NCBI RefSeq assembly: GCF_006345805.1
Contig: NW_021833323.1
Location: 1 to 29,089, forward strand
Source: Octopus sinensis
Lineage: Eukaryota
DNA: 29,089 bases
Reading direction: 5' to 3'
Shown: in pieces, positions 19,790-29,089 of the stretch
How the letters are laid out: each line of letters starts with the position of its first letter
How positions within the stretch are numbered: position 1 is the stretch's first letter
Made by a program: the position numbers and the translations under genes
The notes under the pieces: generated by a model
What the model saw: only the letters and a program-made list of their open reading frames with translations
What the model was told of the DNA's origin: nothing
Databases searched by the model: none

Positions 19790-21021
19790 GGCACCAACGC
19801 TGATATATAGGCGTAATTGGGTAATGAAGAATCACGCTTTGCAACTACTTGGAGTTTGGTTCAATCTCACTGCATGATCATTTGAGAAAGTATCTTCTGA
19901 TATAGTTCTGGGCCGAACATTGCCTTTTGAGCCAATTGAATACACGGAAACAGCGTACTCGTACATCGTGTAGGTATGAACTTTAGGGGTCTCTACTTGT
20001 CTCCCTCGCCCTTTGAAAACTAGCGTTAATTTATGTATGTCGTTTTAACTTAGCGCTTCGTCTTATAAGACAGAGTATCAGACTTCAGAAATATATGTAC
20101 TGGCGTCGGACAATTTGTTCGACTAAACCCCTTCATGCAGCCGTCTCGGCCTGACAGCAATCCAGCGACTGAAACCTGTAAAAAGCTAAACTAATACAAA
20201 GGTTCCATTACAAACCAAGCAAATAAAACAGTTGCCTGCACAAAACCAACTTTCAAATACACATTAAGCACGCACACCACTTACTACACAACACATCACA
20301 TATAATCGCATTCAGATTCACAAATGCACATGACCCACTCAAGCTTTTCAACGCAATTACACACCGTAGTAAAGAACACGCCTACATATCCATGCTTACG
20401 CGAATGTTTATGCTTAAACACACATACATGAACACTAACACAAAATATACGGTCACACATTATCTCTCACGTTGCTCCTTTGCATGTAACCATTTTTTTA
20501 TCTTTCTCATCACTTCTAGCTCTTTTCGAAATTATACGGAATTTATTGTATGCGATTCGTTATTTTTTTTTTTTTTCAGCTGATCATTTTTTTGCCCCTC
20601 TAGTTATTTTCCCCTTTTCTTTTTCGCTTTCTTCTACTTTTTCTCGTTCCTCGTTTCTGATGAAAAACTACGTCGCAAATGTCAAAGGTATTAGCATTTC
20701 TCTTATCGTTAGTAAATTACCACTGGATCATCTATATACATCTATTACCACGATCATCTATATACATCTATGTGTGCGCGCGTGTGTGTGCATGGCTGGA
20801 TGTTATATATTAATCTATATATGCATTCATATACATAAATATATATAAATAATATATAAATATATGCATATATACATACATATATGTACTATATCAATAT
20901 ATTTACATATTATTTATATTATTATATGATCGAACGCCACGCATCCTTTTCCATATAAATATATACATATATATATATATATAAATATATTTACATGCAT
21001 TAATCCTTTTTTATGTGAAAA

Positions 21022-21052
<31 letters not shown>

Positions 21053-22308
21053 ATAATATATATATATATATACATAGGCACCAACGCTGATATATAGGCG
21101 TAATTGGGTAATGAAGAATCACGCTTTGCAACTACTTGGAGTTTGGTTCAATCTCACTGCATGATCATTTGAGAAAGTATCTTCTGATATAGTTCTGGGC
21201 CGAACATTGCCTTTTGAGCCAATTGAATACACGGAAACAGCGTACTCGTACATCGTGTAGGTATGAACTTAGGGGTCTCTACTTGTCTCCCTCGCCCTTT
21301 GAAAACTAGCGTTAATTTATGTATGTCGTTTTAACTTAGCGCTTCGTCTTATAAGACAGAGTATCAGACTTCAGAAATATATGTACTGGCGTCGGACAAT
21401 TTGTTCGACTAAACCCCTTCATGCAGCCGTCTCGGCCTGACAGCAATCCAGCGACTGAAACCTGTAAAAAGCTAAACTAATACAAAGGTTCCATTACAAA
21501 CCAAGCAAATAAAACAGTTGCCTGCACAAAACCAACTTTCAAATACACATTAAGCACGCACACCACTTACTACACAACACATCACATATAATCGCATTCA
21601 GATTCACAAATGCACATGACCCACTCAAGCTTTTCAACGCAATTACACACCGTAGTAAAGAACACGCCTACATATCCATGCTTACGCGAAATGTTTATGC
21701 TTAAACACACATACATGAACACTAACACAAAATATACGGTCACACATTATCTCTCACGTTGCTCCTTTGCATGTAACCATTTTTTTATCTTTCTCATCAC
21801 TTCTAGCTCTTTTCGAAATTATACGGAATTTATTGTATGCGATTCGTATTTTTTTTTTTTTTTTTTCAGCTGATCATTTTTTTGCCCCTCTAGTTATTTT
21901 CCCCTTTTCTTTTCGCTTTCTTCTACTTTTTCTCGTTCCTCGTTTCTGATGAAAAACTACGTCGCAAATGTCAAAGGTATTAGCATTTCTCTTATCGTTA
22001 GTAAATTACCACTGGATCATCTATATACATCTATTACCACGATCATCTATATACATATATGTGTGCGCGCGTGTGTGTGCATGGCTGGATGTTATATATA
22101 ATCTATATATGCATTCATATACATAATATATATAAATAATATATAAATATATGCATATATACATACATATATGTACTATATCAATATATTTACATATTAT
22201 TTATATTATTATATGATCGAACGCCACGCATCCTTTTCCATATAAATATATACATATATATATATATATAAATATATTTACATGCATTAATCCTTTTTTA
22301 TGTGAAAA

Positions 22309-22355
<47 letters not shown>
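19786..22355. repeat. Tandem duplication, two near-identical ~1287 bp copies (19786-21072; 21073-~22355)
   Basis: CATAGGCACCAACGCTG starts at 19786 and 21073; the copies differ mostly by 1 bp indels and are bounded by (TA)n. Confidence 0.95.
19805..20190 (+). mobile_element. Old family C SINE (second copy at ~21092-21475 within the duplication)
   Basis: Decayed head GGCGTAATTGGGTAATGAAG...TTTGGTTCAATCTCACTGCATGATCATTTGAGAAAGTATCTTC and tail GACTGAAACCTGTAAAAAG. Confidence 0.55.
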
Positions 22356-22362
<7 letters not shown>

Positions 22363-22364
<2 letters not shown>

Positions 22365-22571
22365 GAGGTATTGCCAAGAGTCACGTAGAAGATAAGTTCA
22401 ATACGCTCCGGAATTATGAAAGACATGCGTCAACTTCTCCAAAATTGGATAATAAAATAATGATGTATACGTAGGTATTACCATATGATGAAACAAAACA
22501 AATAATGATAGTAATAATGTAATTTACATGACATGTCAAAAATACTTGTGAGTGACATTTGGTGCACACTG
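22363..22571. mobile_element. Possible old Tc1/mariner-type MITE
   Basis: Left CAGAGGTATTGCCAAGAGTCAC versus right (reverse complement) CAGTGTGCACCAAATGTCAC; partial similarity only, and no TA on the right. Confidence 0.3.
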
Positions 22572-22808
22572 AATTATATTCAAAATTTAGCTTTAAACTA
22601 AATACCCGATATTTATACGTTTTGTTTATAGTATATACTATTTATTACAAGGAAAATCTGACTCACTTGAAAGTTTTGGCTTACTAGCCATCATCTTTCT
22701 GATGATGAATACTTAGAAATTCAAAAGTTCGAAGACACCTCACTATATTTTGAAACGAATGTATGTGAGCATGTGTGCATATACACATACACACACACAC
22801 TATATATA

Positions 22809-22852
<44 letters not shown>

Positions 22853-23017
22853 CATGAGGAAATGAAAATACGAATATAATCCACCTGATGTCCATAGTTA
22901 CTACGGAATGTACTGTAATCATCCAAGGAATAGGGACTATGATCGTAAGGAACATACGACTTGTGGAAACGGGCATGGGGATTCTTATTCTTATTATTAC
23001 TATCATAACTATATATA

Positions 23018-23058
<41 letters not shown>

Positions 23059-23489
23059 TTGTATTACGTACGTCTGAATGTGCGAGTATAATGGCCCGCT
23101 ACTTATTATATTCATTTGAGTTCCTGCTTGGAATTGTTTCAGAAAAACTTGTTTTCGCATCATTTAAATCGCTTCCTCGTGAATTAAAATGTGGGAACAT
23201 TAGTTCCTAAATATCATATGATTGTTATTTGATGCACTTTGTTGTTTCGCTTTATAAACATTTTCAAACGCGTAACAGGTAATGCTCTATTGATATTCTG
23301 TCATTAACACTATAAGAAGGATTCTATACTAAATTATACGTTTCCCTTCCTGAACAATCTTTGCAGCTGTATGATATTTTTAACAGAATCGTTTCGCGTG
23401 CTTGCACTTTCAGAGAAAACAAAATAACATAGAGCAAACCAGGTTTCTTTCAAACGACATTACCTGCACATGCAAATAATTACAGGTCT

Positions 23490-24400
23490 CCAACTTTCTG
23501 AACCATAAACACCGATGCAAACAAATGAAATACTTTTCAGAAATTACAAGCCCACATAAACTGTCGCTCCATGCAGTTCCTTTACACTAAGTCATAAGCC
23601 AGGAGAGGACAGGTCATTACAACTAGTGAGTTAAGAGTTAGAAACAGTGTATAAATGTTAATTAACCCCCGTCGTATCACTTGTAAAGCTCAACCATTTA
23701 CCACCGCTCTACTTCGTATACATTGAAGCAGAACGCCTCTCAAATACTCTACAATGTAGTCTTTGATATGCAAAATACAATTTGGTTACCGCTGAAACGT
23801 TTTAGTGTACAAAATATTAGGAGAATATTTTTTTGCGAAGAAATATAACTTCACACATCAAATTCAGCAGTCAGGACCACCCATTCACGGAGCCCATATG
23901 CAAAACCCAGTTTGATCTTGTCGAAATTAATCAATCCATTTATAAGCTCAGATCTTACCTCTCCTAAAGAAGTCGTAACCGAAATATCAGTAACATCACT
24001 TCTCATTAGAAAGAACTAAGCTATGCTTGCCACTAACAACAACAATCAATTCTACAAGAAATATCAATAATCGTGTAGATCTAGGTAAAAGGAGAATCTA
24101 CACATGCATGCCACAATTTGAGGGGAAGCTCAGAGATCAAGACAATAATTGCCCTGCTGTAACGTCATATATGAGCTTACGGAAACATTCCATCTTCTAA
24201 TGAAGAGTTAAAACGTCTGAAGCAACGAGCGATTTCTGTCAACAGAAAATCAGAGATATTCTCTGACTATCACCACAAGTGGGAATTCCTTTTGAAGAAT
24301 GTTTAGGGAGCTACATAAGTAGAGCCAAAAGCCACAAGAGTCACCGGCTACGAGCTAATCAAAACGGTCATACATGTTAATAATATACATATCACTCAAT
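23490..24400 (+). pseudogene. Heavily decayed Penelope-like element ORF (RT thumb/linker to GIY-YIG endonuclease)
   Basis: One frame carries PFIS (23936-23947), SR*KENL (24080-24100; cf. SKRQPKNL) and NVIYELT (24161-24181; GIY motif). Other frames carry IKT (24136), LKQR (24217) and QQKIRD (24240-24257), plus an HK.TD-like motif near 23503. The YIG and Zn-finger segments are not visible. Confidence 0.55.
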
Positions 24401-25539
24401 CGGATTCTCGACTTTACGATTTACGGTGGGTGACATTATATTCGCCTACGTAGTGGATTTGACCGATATTCCATTCATGGTATACATCTGAGATATTACT
24501 GAGGTATATCACGTGTGCTTCTTTAAAACTTTATGTAATTCAGTAATAAATCACTGACTGCTTGATTATAAATACATAAAAATCTGTAGAATGTATTTTA
24601 TTTAACATTTTTACACGACAACGTATATACATACACCCAAGCATACGTACACAAACACCAATATTGGTATACACACACATATATATGTGTATGTATATGT
24701 GTGTGTGTGTGAGTATTTGTGGTGTTTACATACTTGTATATATATATATATATATATATCTGTGTGTGTGTTTGTGTGTGTTGTGTGTGTGTGTGTATGT
24801 GTGTGTATTTATATGTATTTAATTTTGTATACATTTTTTAGTATTTTCCTTCTTAGTTCTATTAATAGCATACAAACACTTTTATTATTTGTTTTATTAT
24901 TTTTGTAATTACCATTAAAACTTTTTTATTAGCTGGTTGCTTTTTTTTTTCACTCCACCTTACTAAGGGAGGTAATTTATGTCACGAATTCGACAATTAA
25001 GGAAAAAAATCCATTAAGTAAATCTCTCAATTAGCTGATAGATAAATGTCAGATAGTATTCGAGGATCAATAAGATCAATATCTATTTTTACACGTAACA
25101 CTTGTTTTCCTTGACGTTGCCCCATTTGCTGTTGTTGTTGCTGTTTTTGTTGTTATTGTTCTTCTTCTTGTTGCTAATGTTGCTCCCTTCATACTTTTCC
25201 TTCATTCTGTTCTTGTCTTAATTTGTAAATGTATTTCTCCGTACAAAACTGTATTTGTATGGAGCTGTGTGTATATGGCAATATATAATATGAGTATGTT
25301 TAAATGTATAGAGTACATTCTAAATATTTAAACCCCCGACAAGCCAATCAATGATCGTGAGTGCGTGCCTGTATGTCTGTATCTCTGAGGTTTGCATACA
25401 TAAGGAATAGTCGTGGGCGTATATAGCTTCCTATATGCTTGCGTGTGTATTTGTGTAAGTGTAAGTATATACACAATAATTTACTATCTTAAATTTAAGC
25501 AAACGGTTTCTTGTAGCATTTCATCAAAACGTTTGTTAT

Positions 25540-26020
25540 ACATACATACATACATACATACATACATACATAATATATATATATATATATATATAGTATA
25601 TATATATATATAATATATAGATATATATAAAGGTACACCTACACACGGATAGAGACACATACAAGTGTACGTACATAGCTTATATATGTGAGTATGAGTT
25701 AATGTACATAATCAGGAGCGGTTACACATTCACACAAGTACACATTATACGTGTAGTGTATGCATATATATATATATGTGTGTGTGTGTATGTATATGTA
25801 TGTATGTATGTATTTATGTATGTATGTATGTATGTATGTATGTATGCATGTATATTTATGCATATATATATATGTATGCATATATGTTAGTATGTTTATG
25901 TATGTTATATATATATATATGTATATATATATATCCCTCTGTTTACACACACATACACGCTCACACACACACAAGCGCACACACATTATATATATAGGCA
26001 TATCTGTGTGTGTGTGTGCG
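25540..26020. repeat. (TACA)n/(TA)n/(TATG)n/(CA)n compound microsatellites
   Basis: Direct inspection. Confidence 0.88.
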
Positions 26021-26837
26021 TCAGTATATTTCTGCGTGTGCCTATAGCAGTGTGCGTAAAACACGTTCATCCATAATATTTCTATTGTTATTTATCTTTA
26101 TTTTTCTATACAATTATTCCCCTTTTTTTTTCCTTCTCTCAAACTTTTATTACCATTAAGGTCTTCAGACCATCGATTACCTGTTCTGTTCTCTACCTGA
26201 TTTAGAAAATTCTCAATTGATTTTGAAATTATCTTCTCGTTCAACCCCGTCCACCGTTCAGCAGTCTCTCATTTAGTACACTTCCCATCAAGTTTTTCAA
26301 TATACTGCATGTCGCTATGTACCTGCATGTAACATATATGTGTGTAGCGTGTAAGCATGCGCGTATGTATACATGTATGTATGTTTATATGTTTTCCTCT
26401 CGTTTAATTTAGAGTTAATTTTAACCGGCCACCTGCTTCTTAGCAGGCTTCTAAAGGAACGCATCATGCTATTTTCATCATCCTTTAAAACTTAACAAAA
26501 TCGTGCTGGATTTTATTGCCTAAAATATCGTTACCATTTGTAGATTAGAAATTCAGTTTCAGTTTTAGCCTCAAGGATACAACCTGAGCTATTCTTTCAC
26601 CCAGACAGCCGCCTCTCTATACTCTGTCATATTATCCTTTCCTTCGGGCGTCCAGTACATTCCCTATTACCAACACTAGTTTGCTGGATTTCGTCACCCT
26701 CCTTTGACGCTGTTTGAGTAATCTCCTCTGCTACGATTAACTAATTTTCTATAATACTCCCTTTTGGCGTATTTTTACTAATTAGGCATACATACATACA
26801 TACATACTTGCATACAAGCATACATACGCACATATAG

Positions 26838-27160
26838 GGTGTGGCTTGGATAGTAAGAAACTTGCTTCTCAACCTTATAGCTTCGGGTTGAGTCCCGCTG
26901 TGTGGAGACTCGGGCAAGTGTCTTCCCTTATGGACTTGGGCTGACCAAAGCCTTTAGAATGTATGTGTGTTGTGTGTATGTATCTTTGTGTTTGCGTTTG
27001 TACCTTCATCACCAATTGATAGGTAGTGCTGGAGTCTCTAAGTCCCCCTGTAACAAAGCGGTTTAGCAAAAGGACCGGCGAAATAAGTACTAAGCTTTAA
27101 AAAATAAGTCCTGGGTTCGATTTCTTCCACTGTCAAAAGACTGAAACAAATGAGAAAATA
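26838..27160 (+). mobile_element. Older family C SINE
   Basis: GGGTGTGGCTTGGATAGTAAG...CTCGGGCAAGTGTCTTC...CTGACCAAAGCCTT...GACTGAAACAAATGAGAAAATAAAAGA. Confidence 0.75.
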
Positions 27161-27240
27161 AAAGATCATATATATATATATATACATATATATATATGTA
27201 TGTTTGTGTGTGTGTGTGCGTGCGTGCATATCTGTGTGTA

Positions 27241-27390
27241 TGAAGGCGCACGGCCTAGATGCTAAGGTATTGCACTGAGGAACAAAAGAACGAGCGTCCG
27301 ATTCCCGGACAGGGTGGTGCATTGTGTTCTTCAGCAAACACTTCCTTTCCCGTTACTCTACATTCTTATGCAACTGTACAAGCAATGCTA
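27241..27390 (+). mobile_element. Degenerate family T SINE head
   Basis: TGAAGGCGCACGGCCTAGATGCTAAG...CGATTCCCGGAC...TTGTGTTCTTCAGCAAACACTT. Confidence 0.65.
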
Positions 27391-28311
27391 ATATATCGGA
27401 GGCAGTGAGCTAACGTATAGCTCATACATTTGATCACTTTAAAAAATAATTGTGCAGATCGTTCAATTATAAATTGGACACTCATATGTCGCCTTCTATG
27501 AGGTGCATGCGTGTATGTGTGTGTATGTGTGTATGTATATGTGTGTGTGGATTTGTATTATGTTTGTGCATAGTGTGTAGTTTATAGTAAGGCTACAATA
27601 TGTAGAATATCACTTGATGGCTGAAAGTAAAGATGATTTTATAATGGAAACCCAATGTTTTATGAAATACACCTACCCTGGGTTTCGTGAGCGAGGACAC
27701 ATTACTTTATTTCGACAATTTTCCTGCAGAGAACAAAACCGTTGGTCACCTGCGTTTAAAGCAGATGGTATTTGAACAGTAAGGAAGAACACAGTCATCT
27801 GTTTCTCTTTTCTACGTGCATCTTATTATTAATAGGTAGTATAAATGTAAACAGTTATACAACAAGATGGGGAAAAAATAGGCTTCGATAAGAAATCATC
27901 ACTTTTGTTTCTGCGCTGTGACAACAGATTTAAGTTTCTATGTTTTCATTCTCATACATTGCGTAAAATTATTTTATATATAATTACATAAACAAAATAT
28001 ACATGTATTGTTGTTTATGACTTGTGTGACTTTAATTAAGAAATTGCTCGGTAACAAGAGAAAGATATTAATGCAAAATTATATAAAAGAGTGGAAATTC
28101 AAAGCAATCCAGTAGTGCCTTAGGAGCAACAACCTGATGATGTGCTGGTACACAGCTGTTGCTAGATCATGCTTATTTATGTAATTATTTATAAAATAAT
28201 TTTATGCAATCCATGAAGACTTAAAGCTGGTGCCAAGACACAAAAACAAATGTTGCAATTCGTTATTAAGGCCTATTTCTTCATCACCTCCTTAAAAAAA
28301 TATAACACACA

Positions 28312-28364
<53 letters not shown>

Positions 28365-28366
<2 letters not shown>

Positions 28367-28545
28367 GTTGAAACGTATAGAAAAACAAAAGACGAAGACA
28401 GGTGTATGTACAACATGCAAGTGTATTAGTTTGACGCTCGGGAAAAATGAAAAATATATCTTTTACGTTTCAACAGAAAGGAATAAGAGAAAATAAACAG
28501 AGGGAGAATTAAAAAAACTTGTAGATATCAGCGATCCAACATGGC
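28365..28545 (-). mobile_element. Penelope-like pseudo-LTR fragment; hammerhead stem II deleted
   Basis: Shares AAAACAAAAGACGAAGACAGGTG...GTATTAGT...ACGCTC...TTTTACGTTTC with 19574-19745 and sits directly after a (TA)n run. Confidence 0.7.
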
Positions 28546-29089
28546 GACTGATGTTATATGGGGGGGGGGGGTTGTGTGTGTAATGAAATACAACGAGAAT
28601 AATATAAATAATATATACATTTTGAAATATTTCAGTCAAAGAGAGATGTATTATATATTTTGATTGAGAGAATATAATCACTTCACCTCGATTACGTATA
28701 ATCTCCGTTGCTTATTGTTATTATGCTATCCTTTAAACAGTAAAGTAAGAGGCTCCAACGTTGAATAAAATGATAAAAAATTTTGAATTCATAAAGGATA
28801 TCAATAACAATAACCACGCTGTAACTATAATAAATAATAATTTCAAACAAATGAAGACAAATTATTTAGAGCAATAATAATTTTGACAGTCCGTGGTAAG
28901 TGGATATTACTTGAGAAAATTCGTCGCCAGCTTCCAAACAAAATTGTATTTACGAGTGAACTACAGAAGTCTATGTGTTATTCTCGATTCAAGGATATAC
29001 ATTTTATCTTTTATTATTATTTTTAAAAAAAAGTAAAATTATAATTTTTCGATAGGAATAACAGAATTAAATTGTAATAGCTAATATGA

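Noticed and set aside
27670-27712. Minus-strand GAAAC-CCAG-GGUA as a hammerhead half
   Set aside because: No CUGANGA-like core and no stem I.
27730-27778. 49 nt candidate exon (TTTCCTGCAG ... GTAAGG; ENKTVGHLRLKQMVFE)
   Set aside because: The splice signals are plausible, but the peptide is unrecognised and no other exon supports it; needs RNA-seq.
28890-28895. 6 nt microexon TCCGTG between TTTTGACAG and GTAAGT
   Set aside because: The donor is good but the pyrimidine tract is very short; it cannot be told from chance without transcripts.
62-29089. Long ORFs in the track (e.g. 8345..9034, 15586..16371, 15646..16344, 15771..16331, 16555..16974, 17052..17525)
   Set aside because: They are translations of di- and trinucleotide microsatellites, open in several frames at once, with no domain content.

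Overview
AT-rich, microsatellite-saturated eukaryotic DNA with no host gene I can support. The SINE families and repeat texture suggest a coleoid cephalopod, most likely Octopus (inference). Nearly all ORF-track entries are translations of simple repeats. The interpretable content is a layered transposon graveyard: a CR1-type LINE 3' end; a piggyBac-type MITE with TTAA duplications nested in a SINE; three tRNA-derived SINE families; at least six same-strand fragments of R4/Dong-like restriction-like-endonuclease (REL) LINEs in (TAA)n tracts; a ~545 bp (TAA)n-embedded non-coding element as one full copy plus a two-headed chimera; a mariner-like relic; a decayed Penelope-like (PLE) ORF; and a near-identical 1.29 kb tandem duplication. 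The most notable signal is a set of type I hammerhead ribozyme (HHR) motifs. Three are well formed (5913-5984 minus, with an unusually long stem II; 6723-6767 plus; 18563-18597 minus) and five are decayed, two by clean module deletions. Folds and translations were done by eye, and family names rest on recalled motifs, not database searches.
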